Assembly (NCBI RefSeq): GCF_036365525.1
Contig: NC_090404.1
Location: 7,936,001 to 8,000,000 of the forward strand
Reading direction: 5' to 3'
From: Heterodontus francisci
Lineage: Eukaryota
Length of the DNA: 64,000 nt
Shown here: positions 23,340 to 37,400 of the stretch, one piece after another
Layout of the letters: every line of letters starts with the position of its first letter
Position numbering within the stretch: position 1 is the first letter of the stretch
The notes under the pieces: generated by a model
What the model saw: the letters and a program-made list of their open reading frames with translations, nothing else
The model's database searches: none
What the model was told of the DNA's origin: nothing
Translations under genes and position numbers: made by a program

Positions 23340-26300
23340 TGGCAGTATGATATCATAGCTGTAACAGAAACATGGATTAAGGAGGGACAAGAGTGGCAGC
23401 TCAACGTTCCTCATTACAGGGTTTTCAGATGCGATAGGGAGGGGGATAAGAAAGGAGGGGAAGTGGCAATTTTGGTCAAGGAAACTATTACAGCTGTGAG
23501 GAGGGATGATATGTTGGAAGGCTCATCAAATGAGGCCATATGGATTGAGCTAAGGAACAAAAAAGGGGCAATCACACTGCTGCAAGTGTACTATAGACCC
23601 CAAACAGTCAGAGGGAGATAGAGGAGCAGATATGTAGGCAAATCTCTGAGAAGTGCAAGAAGAATAGGGCAGTAATAGTAGGGGATTTACATTACCCCAA
23701 TATTAACTGGGATAGTTTTAGTGTGGAAGGAATTGAGGGAGCAGAGTTCTTGAGGTGCATTCAGAAGAACTATTTTGCCCAGTATGTAGCAAGTCCAACA
23801 AGAGAGGGCGCAGTTTTAGACTTATTTTAGGAAGGAGTGGTAGTGATCATAATTCAGTCAGTTTTAACATAATTATGGAAATGGACAAAGATAGAACAGG
23901 AGTTAGAGTTCTCAACTGGGGCAAGGCCAATTTTAGTAAACTGAGGAGTGATTTAGCAAAAGTGGACTGGAACAGCTACTTGAAAGTAAATCAATGTCAG
24001 AGCAGTGGGAGGCATTCAAAGGGGAGATTCAAGGGGTTCAGGGTAAACATGTTCCCACAAAGAAAAAGGGTGAGGAGGCCAAATCTGTAGCCCCATGGAT
24101 ATCAAGGAGCCTACATGGTAAGATAAGGCAGAAAAGGAAAGCTTATGAGCAACACCAAGAACTCAATGCTACAGAAAGCAGAGAGGTGTATAGAAAGTGG
24201 AGGGGTGAAATCAAAAAGGAAATTAGGAAAGCAAAGAGAAGACATGAAAGAATATTGGCAAGCAAAATCAAGGTGAACCCATAGATGTTTTATCAATACA
24301 TTAAGAGTAAGAGGAAAACTAAGGAGAGAGTAGGGCCCATAAAAGACCAAAAAGGTAACTTATGTGTAGGAGCAGATGATATTGGGATGGTTCTTAATGA
24401 ATACTTTGCGTCTGTCTTCCAAAGAGGGGGGCGATGTAGATATTGTAGTTAAGGAGGAAGAGTGTGACGTATTGGATGTGATAAACATAGGGAGAGAGGA
24501 AGTATTAATGGGATTAGTATCCTTGAAAGTTGACAAATCACCAGGGCCAGATGAAATGTATCCTAAGCTGTTAAAAGAAGCAAGAGGGGAAATAGCAGAG
24601 GCTCTGACCATCATTTTCCAGTCCTCACTGGATACAGGTGTGGTGCTGGAGGATTGGAGAACTGCTAACGTTGTACCTCTATTTAAAAAGGGATCGAAGG
24701 ATAGACTGAATAATTACAGGCCAGTCAGTCTAACCTCAGTAGTGGACAAATTATTGGAATCTATTCTGAGATACAGGATAAACTGTCACTTAGAAAGGCA
24801 CAGGTAAATCAAGGATAGTCAGCATGGATTTGTTAAGGGAAGCTCTTGTTTGACCAACTTGATCGAATGTTTTGAAGAAGTAACAAGGAAGATAGATGAG
24901 GGTAGTGCAGTTGATGTGGTCTACACGGATTTTAGCAAGGCTTTTGACAAGGTCCCAACCTGTAGACTGGTTAAAAAAAACCATGGGATCCAGAGAAATG
25001 CAGCAAAGTGGATACAAAATTGGCTCAGTGGCAGGAATAATAAAAGGATAATTGTTGACGGCTATTTTAGTGACTGGATGACTGTTTCCAGTGGCGTTCC
25101 GCAGTGCTCAGCACTTGGTCCCCTGTTTTTTGTGGTGTTTAATGATTTGGATGTAAATGTAGGGGGCATGATCGAAGCACTTGTGGATGACACAAAGATT
25201 GGCCCTGTGGTAGATAGAGAGGCGGATAGCTGTAGGCTGCAGGAAGATATTGATGGTCTGGTCAGATGGGCAGAAAAGTGACCAATGGAATTCAACTTGG
25301 GGAAGTGTGAGGTGATGCATTTGGGGAGAGCAAACAAGGCAAAGGAATACACGATTAATGGGAAAATACCGAGAAGTGTAGAGGAAGTAAGGGACCTTGG
25401 AGTGAATGTCCACAGATCCCTGAAGATAGCAGGATAGGTCGATAAGGTGGTTAAGAAGGCATATGGAATCCTTTCCTTTATTAACCAAGGTACAGAATAT
25501 AAGAGCAGGGAGATTATGCTGGAACTGTATAACTCATTGGTTAGGCCACAACTTGAGTACTGTGTGCAGTTCTGGTAATCTCATTACAGAATGGATGTAA
25601 TTGGACTAGAGAGGCACAGTGGCACAGCAGTTAGCACCGCAGCCTCACAGCTCCAGTAACCCTGGTTCAATTCTGGGTACTGCCTGTGTGGAGTTTGCAA
25701 GTCCTCCCTGTGTCTGCGTGGGTTTCCTCCCACATGCCAAAGACTTGCAGGTTGATAGGTTAATTGGCCATTATAAATTGCCCCTAGTATAGGTAGGTGG
25801 TAGGGAAATATAGGGACAGGTGGGGATGTGGTAGGAATATGGGATTAGTGTAGAGTTAGTATAAATGGGTGGTTGATGGTCGGCACAGACTCGGTGGGCC
25901 GAAGGGCCTGTTTCAGTGCTGTATCTCTAAAACTAAGAGGGTACAGAGGAGATTTACGAGGATGTTGCCAGGACTGGAAAAGTGCAGCTATGAGGAAAGA
26001 TTGGATAGGCTGGGGTTGTTCTCCTTGGACAGAGAAGGCTGAGGGGAAATCTGATTGAAATGTACAAAGTTTTGAGGGGCCTGGATAGAGTGGAGGTGAA
26101 GGGTCTATTCACCTTAGCAGAGAGATCAGTGACGAGGGGGCATAGAGTTTTAGGCAGAAAAATTAGAGGGGAAATGAGGATAAACTTTTTCACCCAGAGA
26201 GTGGTGATGGTCTGGAGCTCACTGCCTGAAAAGATGGTTGAGGCAGAGACTCTCAACTCATTCAAAAGGAGTCTGGATATGCACCTCAAGTGCCGTAAAC

Positions 26301-26410
26301 TGCAGGGCTACGGACCAAATGCTGGAAGGTGGGATTAGAATAGATGGATCATTTTTCGGCTGACACATACACGATGGGCCAAGTGGCCTCTTTCTGTTCC
26401 TTAAACTTTC
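23340..26410 (+). mobile_element. Degenerate CR1 ORF2 (endonuclease to 3' tail)
   Basis: Frameshifted pieces [38 protein letters not shown]...WSSLP; further CR1 fragments at 22170-22640, 23110-23335, 26420-26840 and 28485-28930. Confidence 0.9.
25613..25936 (+). mobile_element. HE1-like V-SINE inserted into CR1
   Basis: tRNA-like head ggcacagtggcacagcagttagcaccgcagcctcacagctcc...ggttcaattc, V-domain-like tgtgtggagtttgca...tctgcgtgggtttcctcc, CR1-type tail gggccgaagggcctgtttcagtgctgtatctcta; the CR1 resumes on both sides. Confidence 0.8.
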
Positions 26411-26849
26411 TATGATTCTAAGTGTGAGGTAATGCATTTGGGGAAGGCTAACAAGGCAAGGGAATGCAATATTACTGGTAGAATACTGAGAAGTGTAGAG
26501 GAACAGAGAGACCTTGTAGTGCATTTGTACAGATCCCTGAAGGTAGCAGGACATGTAGATAAGGTGGTTAAGAACGCATATGGGATTCTTTCCTTTATTA
26601 GCTGAAGCATAGAATATAAGAGCAGGGAGTATTTTCAGCATTTTATGTTAATGACGGGTCACAGATCTGAAATGTTGACTGTTTCTGCCTCCACAGATGC
26701 TGCCAGACCTGCCAAGTATTCCCAGCATTTCCTGTTTTTATTACAAGAGCAGGGAGGCTATGCTTGATTTGCAACAAAGAAAAACACTAGTTAGGCCACA
26801 GCTAGAGTACTGCGTACAGTTCTGGTCACCGCATTACTGGGTAGGTTTT

Positions 26850-28468
26850 TTTTTATTCCTTCGGGGATGTGGGCATCGCTGGCAAGGCCAGCACTTATTG
26901 CCCATCCTAATTTCACTTGAGAAGGTGGTGGTGAACTCCTTTCTTGAATCGCTGCTGTCCATGTGGGGTAGGTATACCCACAGTGCTGTTAGGAAGGGAG
27001 TTCCAGGATTTTGACCCAGACACAGTGAAGGAACGACAATATATTTCCAAGTCAGGATTGTGTGTGACCTGAAGGGGAACTTGCAGGTGGTGGTTTTCCC
27101 ATGCATCTGCTACCCTTCTGCTTCTAGGTAGTAGAGGTCATGGATTTGGAAGGTGCTGTCGAAGGAGCCTTGGTGCATTGCTGCAATGCATGTTGTTGAT
27201 GGTGTGCACTGTGTGTCCAGTGGTGGAGGGAGTGAATGGCACCCCATGTACAACCAATCAAGTGGGCTTGCTTTGTCCTGGATGGTGGCGAGCTTCCTGA
27301 GTGTTGCTGGAGCTCCAGGCAAGTGGAGAGTATTCCATCACACTCCTGACTTGTGCCTTGTAGGTGGTGGACAGGCTTTGGGGAGTCAGGATGTGAGTTA
27401 ACCGCCACAGAATTCCCAGCCTCTGACCTGCTCTTGTAGCCACGGTATTTATATGGATACTCCAGTTCAGTTTCTGGTCAATGGTAACCCCAGAATGTTG
27501 ATAGTGGGAGATTCAGCGATGGTAATGCTGTTGAATGTCAAGGGGAGATGGTTAGATTCTTTCTTATTGGAGATCATCATTGCCTGGCAGTTGTGTGGCA
27601 CAAATGTTACTTGCCACTTGTCAGCCCAAGCCTGAATGTTGTCCAAGTCTTGCTGCATATGGACATGGACTGCTTCAGTACCTGAGGAGTTGTGAATGGT
27701 ACTGAACATCATACAACATCAGCAAACACCCCACCTCTGACCTTATGATGGAGCGAAGGTCATTGATGAAGCAGGTGAAGATGTTTGGGCCTATGACACT
27801 ACCCTGAGGAACTCCTGCAGCCATGTCCTGGGGCTGAGATCATTGGCCTTCAACAACCACAACCATCTTCCTTTCTAGGTATGACTCCAACCAGTGGAGA
27901 GTTTTCCCCCTGATTCCCATTGACTTTAGTTTGGCTAGCACTCCTTGATGCCACACTTGGTCAAATGCTGCCTTGACATCCAGGGCCATCACCCTCACCT
28001 CACCTCACCTCTTGAGTTCAGCTCTTTTGTCTATAGTTAGACCAAGGCTCTAATGAGGTCAGGAGTAGAGTGTCACTGGCGGAACCTATACCGAGCATCC
28101 AATAACCCAACAGGTTATTGCTGTTTAAGAGGCACTTAATACCACTATCAATGACATCTTCCATCACTTTGCTGATGATTGAGAATAGACTGATGGGGCA
28201 GTATTTGGCTGGATTGGATTTCCCTGCTTTTATGTGGACAGAACGTACTTGGGCACTTTTCCACATTTTTGGGTAGATGCCAGTGCTGTAGTTGTACTGG
28301 AACAGCTTGGAGCATAAGTCTTCGGAGATGTTGTCAAGACCCATAGTCTTTGCAGTATCTAGTGCCTTCAGCTGTTTCTTGATATCATGTGGAGTGAATC
28401 ATATAGGCTGAAGACTGGCATCTGTGATGCTGGGGACCTCAGGAGGAGGCCGAGATGGATCATCCACT
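26850..28468 (-). mobile_element. CR1/L2-group LINE, same family as 3797-6280, degenerate
   Basis: Minus-strand ORFs with LFQYNYSTGIYPKMWK, MQQDLDNIQAWADKWQVTF, STTYKAQVRSVMEYSPLAW. Confidence 0.85.
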
Positions 28469-29569
28469 GTGACATCACACCAGAGAGGGATGTTGCCAGG
28501 ACTGGAAAATTTTAGCTATGATGAAAGATCGACTAGGCTCGGATTGTTTTCTTTGGAACAGAGGAGGCCGAGGAGAGATTGAATTGAGGTATATAAAATT
28601 ATGAGGGGCCTAGACAGAGTGGATAGGAAGGACCTATTCCCTTGGAAGAAAGATCAATAAGAAGGGGGCATAGATTTAAAGTAATTGACAGAAGCATTAG
28701 AGGTAATGGAGAAATCATTTCAGCCAGAGGGTGGTGGAGGTTTGAAACTCACTGTCTGAAAGGGTGGTAGAAGCAGAAACCCTCATCATATTTTTTTAAA
28801 AAACACTTGGATTTGCACTTGGGGTGCTGTAACCTACAGGACTACAGACCAAGAGCTAGAAAGTGGGATTAGGCTGGATAGCTCTTATTTTAGCTAGCAC
28901 ATGTATGATGGGCTGAATGGCCTCCTGCTGTCCATGTTGCTATTTTGATGGTTGGAGTTTGTTTTTAACTGATGTTAATAAACCCTCTAACTGGGCTGAT
29001 AGCTCATCTTGATGAAAGATTTGAAATAAATCAGCTTTGGTTTGAACATATTGTTGTAGATTTTTGTCTTTCCCACCTGAGTGTTTAGCATCACCAGGCT
29101 GGAGCTCAGAAAGGACAATCTGGGGGGAGGATCATACGGCAGGAACAGAACTTCAGCCTGGACACAGTCCTTCAGGATCACACTGAGAGGGACAAACGGC
29201 ACTTTGGTCTTTCTCATCTCTCTTCACTGACAGCAAAGTCCCCGTGTGGGTTAATCCTGAGGCGTGTAACAAATGTGTCCCAGCCGCTCTCTTCCATGGT
29301 TCAGAGCTCCTAGGCATGGAACAGAAGGCTCCTTTACAACTGTGTTTAGAGGCAGGAAGAACAACAGTGAATGCTGGAAACGTGCTGTCAAATGAGAGAT
29401 TGGTGTAAAACTGTGATCTGTTCCTGACTGAAAGTGAAACGGCATGTTTAAGTTTCCAGTCTGAAAATGACTGTGGTTATCACTCTCCAAAGATTTAACA
29501 TGTTTCTGTGTCAGTCCTGAATTCATTATTTTAAGACAGGTATTAATTCACTTAAAATACAGGGATGAG

Positions 29570-29828
29570 AAATTTCCGCCAAATGGCAGATTTCCGACAT
29601 TGAGGTTCCTGGAAATCCACCATCGGCTTCTTCAAAACTGCCAAAGCTTCCAATGCAGCCCTGTCTGTGATTGGTCCGTGTCTGTAACTGGCAATGGGCT
29701 GCCTGGGTGGGGTGAGCGCTGATTGGTGGTTCAGGGTGCAGGCGCGTTGCGTTCGGCCCTCCCCTGCTGTTTTCAGGTGGATCGGTGGGTAAGCGGGTCA
29801 ATGGGAATGGCTGCTGCGGGGCAGAGGA

Positions 29829-29864
<36 letters not shown>

Positions 29865-29885
29865 GCTGAGGGGAGGAGGAAGTGG
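29570..29885. promoter_or_regulatory. Possible promoter (CCAAT boxes, CpG patch, (GA)n)
   Basis: Two GATTGG, gcaggcgcgttgcgttcggcc, (GA)n tract at 29832-29860. Confidence 0.35.
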
Positions 29886-30584
29886 GCCAGCACATAGCAG
29901 CCCAATATAATTCCACCTTCCAGCACCTGGTCCATAGTCTTGCCGGTTACAGCAATTCAGGTGCATATCCAGGTACCTTTGAAAAGAATTGAAGGTTTCT
30001 GCCTCCACCACCATTCCTGGCAGTGAATTCAAGACACCCACCACCCTCTGGGTGAAAAAGTGTTTCCTCATGTCCCCTCTAATCAGTCTCGGTGATCCTG
30101 TAAAATAGAGGAACACATGAGCAGGAGGAGGCCATTCAGCCCTTCCAGCCTGATCCACCATTCAATTACCTCATGACTGATCAATATCTCAACTACATTT
30201 ACCCAGTTTGGTTCCATATCCTTTAATAACCTTACCCAACAAAAATATATTCATCTCAAGATTTAAAATTCACTCTGTCTATCACGGTCAGTCTGTTGCT
30301 TCCTCTCTCTGTGTTTCACTCTCTTGGTCTTTCTCATTCCATCTGCCTGTCTCAATCTCTAATTATCTCTCACTCTCTCTGTCTATCTCTCTCGGTCTCA
30401 CAGACACAACTGGACCAATGTTCCCAGTCATTTCCAATCAGGGTCCGTGAAGCTGATGGTAGATAAGAACAGCATTAACCAGAGTGGAAGGAAATTGGAC
30501 TCATCCTGGTGTGAGTCAGGTGCTGACTTAAAGCCCCACTGATCTTCCCTTTTTGTGATATCACTGTCTCCTTACTATAAGTAT

Positions 30585-30757
30585 AAAACCAAAATAATGC
30601 AGATGCTGGAAATCCGAAATAAAAACAAGAAATGCTGGAAATACTCTGCAGATCTGGCAGCACCTGTGGAGAGAGGAGAGTTAACGTTTCCCTGCTTCTC
30701 TCTCCACAGATGCTGCCAGACCTGCTGAGTATTTCCAGCATTTCTTGTTTTTATTTC
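30585..30757. mobile_element. Penelope-type inverted repeat (hairpin)
   Basis: ~60-bp arms gaaataaaaacaagaaatgctggaaatactc...gtggagagag / ctctctccacagatgctgcc...tttcttgtttttatttc. Confidence 0.75.
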
Positions 30758-31488
30758 TTACGATGAGTGTTCGGAAAAGGCTGACTTCTGTGCAGCGGAA
30801 ATGCTGATTTATCCAGATATACCAAAATTGCCACAATATATATCCCAATTTCATTTTAAACATGTGAATAAAATGATTTCAACTAATTACCTACAGGTTT
30901 AGCTGTGGGTTTATAATGTTGGCACCTTTAGAAAGTCTCATCAGCCTAAAAGGCTCCTGTTAAATACATTTCCTGAGTGGATATAAATTTAAACCAGGTT
31001 TGCAGGCGTGATTCTCTATTCACACATCGAAGGTGAGAGAGATGCTGTGGGACACAGGCTAAGCCAAGTAACTGAAAGTGATTAACAGACTGGGTTTTGT
31101 GTTTAATGGTCTTGGGCGTGTTACTGATCCCTTCCCTGGATCCCAAGGCACTCTGGAAGGTATGTGGAGATGGGACTTGTCCATAAGAGTGACCGCAGGT
31201 ATGAGAACTGAAATAATCTCGAGTTAGAAAGGAGAAAAGGCCCAAAAATGGAGCAGTTGGTAACAGGACATCAATTAGCCTCTTCCTAGCTTGGAGAAGT
31301 TAAGGACACAGCACAGCGTGCATTTGAAAAAACATTAATACATTTGACAGATATCTGAATATTAATAACCCCTACAACTGGGCTGGAGTTTAACATTAGC
31401 AGAAGTAAATCCCACCTGTCAGAATGAACATGGTTCAGGCCTGGATGTGATTAACAGCAGCAATAACAGCAGAATCCATCCCCTGCAG

Positions 31489-32060
31489 TCACTTGTGAAC
31501 TCGCTGGTGTTTCAGCAGGTGGGATGATTGAGTGAATCCCTTCCCACACACACAGCAAGTGAATGGCCTCTCCCCAGCCTGAACTCGCTGGTGTGTTACC
31601 AGATCCTTTTTGCTTTTAAAGCTCTTCTCACAGTCGGAACATTTAAAAGGTCTCTGGTCACTGTGTACAAGTTGATGTTCAGTGAGCCAGGATGACTGAG
31701 TGAATCCCTCCCTACACACAGAGCAGGTGAATGGCCTCGCTATAGTGTGAACTCGCTGGTGTCTCGGCAGGTTCGCTGAGTGAGTGAATCCCTTTCCACA
31801 CACAGAGCAGGTGAACAACCTCTCCCAGTGTGAACTCACTGGTGTCTCAGTAGGTGAGATGGCCGAGTGAATCCCTTCTCACACACTGTACAAATGAACG
31901 GCCTCTCCCCAGTGTGAGTGCGCTGGTGTGTCAGCAGATCATTGCTGCTCTTAAAGTTCTTCCCACAGTCAGAACATTTAAATGGTCTCTGATCAGTGTG
32001 AACTTCTTGGTGTTGCTGAAGATTGAATGACTGAGTGAATCCCTTCCTACACACGGAGCA
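31489..32060 (-). pseudogene. C2H2 zinc-finger pseudogene, 7 fingers (cassette 2)
   Basis: TGA at 31838-31836 plus a 1-bp deletion in a TGER linker. The 5' part is deleted, so intron sequence (ctgtactgacagtgatgac) is fused directly to a finger at 32060/32061. Confidence 0.85.
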
Positions 32061-33189
32061 GTCATCACTGTCAGTACAGGATAGAAATTCAGAACAGGCA
32101 ATATTAGTTTTAGGGAACATTCTTTCCGCTCTCATTTCGCAAAGCTGTTCAGTTCTACACTCACTTGTTCCCCCCTCTCTCCTCCCCTGAAGGTGCTGGG
32201 TGGTTTCAGTTCTTCACTCACTTGTTCCCCCCTCTCTCCTCCCCTGAAGGTGCTGACTCTGGTTGGGTGTATGTGCTCTCTCCCCCCCTCCTCCAACACT
32301 CTGGCCCACCCTATTCATTGTAATATCTGCTAGTTTTGGTGATGGTCTCTCCCTGACCGCTCTCCATTTCTCCTTATATAGACACTCCCTGATCATCACT
32401 ATCCATGCAATCATACATCACAGAAGTAGGCCATTCAGTCCATCATGCTTGTGCTGGCTCTCTGAAACAGTAATCCATTTATTCTCATTTCTCTACTCTT
32501 TCCCCATAGCCTTGGAAAATGTCCCCTTTGAAGTTTTATCTAATTCTCATTTGAAAGTTTTTTTTAAAATCTGCTTCTTCCACCCTTTCAGGCAGTGCAT
32601 TCCAGATCAGAACAACTCACTGCCTAAAATCATTTCTACTGCCCTGCCTTCCCACTCCCAGCCCCACTGTTTATGGTCAATTATTTTAAGTCTGTTACTG
32701 ATTACTGACCGTCCTGTCACTGGAAACAGTTTCTCCCTCTCTGCTCTATAAAATCACCCAAAAATTTTGAACACCTCTATTAAATTTTCCCTTAACCTTC
32801 TCTGCTCTCAGGAGAACAATCCCAGCTTCTCCAGAGAACTGAAACCCCTCATCCCTGGGATCATCCTAGTAAACTCCTCTGCAGCCTCTCTGAGGCCTTG
32901 ATGTCCTTTCTAAAGTCTGGTACCCGGAACTAGACACATGACTCTAGCTGAGATCTAACTAGTGATTTAGAAAGGTTCACCATAATCTCCTCGCCTTTGT
33001 TCTCGGGTCGGCTTTTTAAAAAGCTTTGTCCTGTCGCCTTCAAAGATTTGTGTACGTACACCTCCAGGTCTCTCTGATCCCACAGTCCATTTAAAATTGT
33101 TCCATTTAGTTTACTTTTCCTTTCCTTAATGTTCCTTCCAAAATACATACTGCTTTTAGTAACCCACCTGCTGGAACCGCACATGCTCA

Positions 33190-33400
33190 GTTCACACCAT
33201 CCACCCAGCTGATTGACGGGGGATCCGGGCCAATAGGAAGCGCGGGCACACGGCTGGAGGCCCCTGCGAGCTGTGGATCCTCCAACCAATCGGAGAGAAC
33301 GAGGGGGCGGGGCTCGGGAGTCCTGAGTGGGCGAGTCCCTCACTGGTCATCCAGCCCCGCCCCCTCTTTCTATTGGTCGGGAGCTGTGGTCAATCACCAG
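33190..33400. promoter_or_regulatory. CCAAT/GC-box CpG promoter-like segment, probably of cassette 2
   Basis: ggccaatagg, ccaatcgg, gggggcggggc, ccccgcccc, ctattggtc. Confidence 0.5.
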
Positions 33401-33439
33401 GGCATTGTGAGCTGTCAGAGAGAGAAAGCTGCAATGATT

Positions 33440-33890
33440 TTCAATAAAATAAAAGCAAAATACTGCGGATGCTGGAAATCTGAAATACAGAATGAAAGTG
33501 GAGAGAAACCAGAGTTAACGTTTCAGGTGTGTGACCTTTTATCAGAACTGGCACAGGTTAGAAATTTAATAGATTCAAGTAAGTGAAGGGGGGTTGGGCG
33601 GGAGTGGGGAAGAGAGCAAAAGGGGAGATGTGTGATAGGACAGTGGGCCGGAGAGATTAAATGACAACGAGATCATGGGGCAAAGACAAAGGCAAGATTA
33701 AGGAAAGGCAAAGCTCATGGTGTGGTGGAGGAGGAAGTATTAGTGCAGACAGAGTGTTAATGACAGAATAATAAACAACCTAGTCAAAAGCACGGACATG
33801 AAAACCCCATTTTAAGGCAGGCACATGGTCAGAAAAATTGATAAAACAAAATAAAATGAAATTATAATAAATAATTAGAAAAATAATTTG
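33440..33890 (-). mobile_element. Penelope-like terminal remnant
   Basis: aaaagcaaaatactgcggatgctggaaatctgaaat...gagttaacgtttcagg...acctttt atcagaact, then a purine-rich body. Confidence 0.55.
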
Positions 33891-33966
33891 CGATAGCAGC
33901 TTTCTCCTATTCTGTCTCCCATAACAAAGTAGACAAACTGAAAGATCCTATTTATATACTTCAATG

Positions 33967-34403
33967 GCCATGTGAGCCGCATGGAAGATGGCAGGATCCC
34001 CAAAGACACATTGTACAGCGAGCTCGCCACTGGTATCAGACCCACCGGCCGTCCATGTCTCCGTTATAAAGACGTCTGCAAACGCGACATGAAATCGTGT
34101 GACATTGATCACAAGTCGTGGGAGTCAGTTGCCAGCATTCGCCAGAGCTGGCGGGCAGCCATAAAGACAGGGCTAAATTGTGGCGAGTCGAAGAGACTTA
34201 GTAGTTGGCAGGAAAAAAGACAGAGGCGCAAGGGGAGAGCCAACTGTGCAACAGCCCCAACAAACAAATTTCTCTGCAGCACCTGTGGAAGAGCCTGTCA
34301 CTCCAGAATTGGCCTTTATAGCCACTCCAGGCGCTGCTTCACAAACCACTGACCACCTCCAGGCGCGTATCCATTGTCTCTCGAGATAAGGAGGCCCAAA
34401 AGA
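33967..34403 (+). mobile_element. RTE LINE 3' fragment with TSD
   Basis: Identical to 54844-55280 except one base by eye; TSD ACTTCAATG at 33958-33966 and 34404-34412. Confidence 0.92.
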
Positions 34404-34412
34404 ACTTCAATG

Positions 34413-37400
34413 TGCACTGATAGCCATTACGGAGGCGTGGCTACAGTATGACGAGGACTGGGTCCTGAATATTGAGGGATATATAACATTCAAGAATAGA
34501 AAACTAGGGAAAGGTGGAGGGATAGCACTGTTAATCAAGGAAGGCATTGGTGCAATAGTTAGGGATGACCTTGGTTCAGGAGGTCAGGATGTAGAATCAG
34601 TTTGGGTGGAGATGAGGAATAGTAGGGGAAAGAGGTCACTAGTGGTAGTGGTCTACAGCCCCCCTAACAATAATCACAATGTAGGACAGAGTATGCAAAA
34701 AGAAACATTGGGTGCTGTGACAAAGAGACGGCAATAATCATGGGTGATTTTAATCTACATATAAACTGGAAAAATCAGATTGGCAATAGTAGCCTGGATG
34801 AGGAATTCATAGAATGCTTTTGAGATAGTTTCTTAAAGTACATAGGAGCAGGAGTAGGCCATTCAGCCCATTGAGCCTGCTCTGCCATTCAATACGATCA
34901 TGGCTGATCATCCACTTCAGTGCCTTTTTCCCACATTATCCCCATATCCTCACTGGTATTTAGATATCTGTCAATCTCTGCTTTAAACATACTCAAATGA
35001 CTGAGCTTCCACAGCCCTCTGGGGTAGAGAATTCCAAAGATTCACAATCCTCTGAGTAAAGACATTTCTCCTCATCTCTGTTCTAAGTGGCTTCCCCCTT
35101 ACTTGGAAATTGTGTCCCCTGGTCCTAGACTCCCCAACCAGGGGAAACATCTTAGCTGCATCTACCCTGTCTATCCCTATAGGTATTTTGTAGGTTTCAA
35201 TGAGAGAACCTCTCATTCTTCGAAACTCTAGAGAATACAGGCCCAGTTTCCCCAATCTCTCTTCATAGGACATTCCTGCCATCGCAGGAAGAAGTCTGGT
35301 GAATCTTTGTTGCACTCCCTCTATGACAATAATATACTTCCTAAGGTAAGGGGACCAAAACTGCACACAGTACTCCAGGTGCGGTCTAACCAAGGTTCTA
35401 TACAATTGAAGCAAGACTATATTAGACTTGATATTGTGTAATGTGACAGGATTAATTAACGACCTCAGAGTAAAGGCATCTTTAGATAGCAGCGACAACA
35501 ACATGATTGAATTTTACATCCAGTTTGAAAGAGGGAAGAGTGAGTCTAAGACTAGTATTTTAAACTTAAATAAGGGCAAATATGTGGGCATGAAAGTGGA
35601 GCTAGCTGAACCGGGATACTAGGCTAGGAGATAGATCATTAGAGAAGCAGTGGCAGACATTTAAGGGGATATTTCAGAATATTCAGAATAAGTATATTCC
35701 TACTAAAGAAAAATTCTAAGGGGAGGACCCACCATCCATCGTTAACTAAAGAAGTTAAGGAAAGCATCAAACGTAAGGAAAAAGCATATAAGAGGAGTGG
35801 CAGGTCAGATGATTGGTCAGAATACAAAGAATGGCAGATAATGACTAAAAGATTAATCAGGAGAAAGAAATTAGAGTATGAGAGGATGCTAACTAGAAAT
35901 GTAAAAACGAATAGCAAGAATTTCTACAGGTATTTAAAAAGGAAAAGAGTAAGTAAAGCGGGTGTTGGTCCTCTGGAGAGTGAGAATGGCAACTATTCAA
36001 GAGTTAATAGTAGATAATAAGGAAATAGAGGATGAAACAAACAAATATTTTGCTTCTTTCTTCACTATAGAGGATACAAACAAACATTCCAGTAATGGCT
36101 GTAAATCAGGAGGTGGAAGGAAGAGAAGAACTTGGTGAAATTACAATCACCAGAGTAATGGTACTGACCAAACAGATGGAGCTGTGTGCTGACAAGTCCC
36201 CGGGTCCTGATGGGCTTTGCTAGGGTCTTAAAAGAGGTGCCTAATGAGATAGTAGATACGTTGGTGTTAATTTTTCAAAATTTGCTAGATTCTGAAAAGG
36301 TTCCATCAGACTGGAAAGTAGCAAATATAACCCCTCTATTCAAGAAGTGGGTAGGGGGAGGCAGGAAACAGCTAACTATAGGCCAGTTATCATGAAATCT
36401 GTTGTGGGGAAGATGTTAGAATCAATCATTTAGGAGGTTGTAGCTGGGCACTTAGAAAAACTCAAGGTAATCGGGAATAGTCAGCATGGCTTTGTGAAAG
36501 GGAAATCGTGTTTAACCAATGTATTGGAGTTCTTTGAAGTAACATGCGCTGTGGATAAAGGGGAGCCCGTTGACGTACTGTACTTGGATTTCTAGAGAGC
36601 ATTTGACAAGGTGCCACATAAAAGGTTATTGCGCAAAGTAGGAGCTCATGGTGTAGCGGGTAACATATTAGCATGGATACAAGATTGGCTAGCTGACAGA
36701 AAACAGAGAGTATGCATAAATGGGTCCTTTTCTGAGTGGCAAAATGTGACAAGTAGCTTCCGGCAGGGGTCTGTGCTGGGGCCACAACTTTTTACAATTT
36801 ATATAAATGATTTAGATGAGGGGAGCGATGGCATGGTAGTTAAATTTGCAGATGACACACAGATAGGCAGGAAAGAATGTCGTGAAGAGGACAGAAGGAG
36901 GTTGCAGACCGATATAGATAGGTTGAGTGAGTGGGCAAAAATCTAGCAGATGGAGTATAATGTGGGAAAATGTGAAGCTGTTCACTTTGGCAGGAAGAAC
37001 AAAAAAGCAGAGTATTACTTAAATGGAGAATGACTGCAGAATTCAGAGGTGCAGATGGATCTAGGTGTTCTAGTGCATGAGTCACAAAATATTAGTATGC
37101 AGGTACAGCAAGTAATAAAGAAGGCTAATGGAATGCTATCCTTTATATGAGAGGAATTGAAAATAAAAGTAAGCATGTTATGTTTCAGTTACACAGGGCA
37201 TTGGTGAGACCACATCTCAAACAGTGTGTGCAGTTTTGGTCTCCTTATTTAAGGAAGGATGTGAATGCATTGGAGGCGGTTCAGAGGAGGTTTACTGGAT
37301 TGATACCTGGAATGAGCAGGTTGGCTTATGAAGAAAGGTTGGACAGACAGGGCATGTTTTCACTGGAGTTCAGCAGAGGGGAGACTTTATTGAAGTATAT

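Noticed and set aside
25613-25690. tRNA gene
   Set aside because: tRNA-derived head of a SINE, continuous with the V-domain and CR1-type tail.
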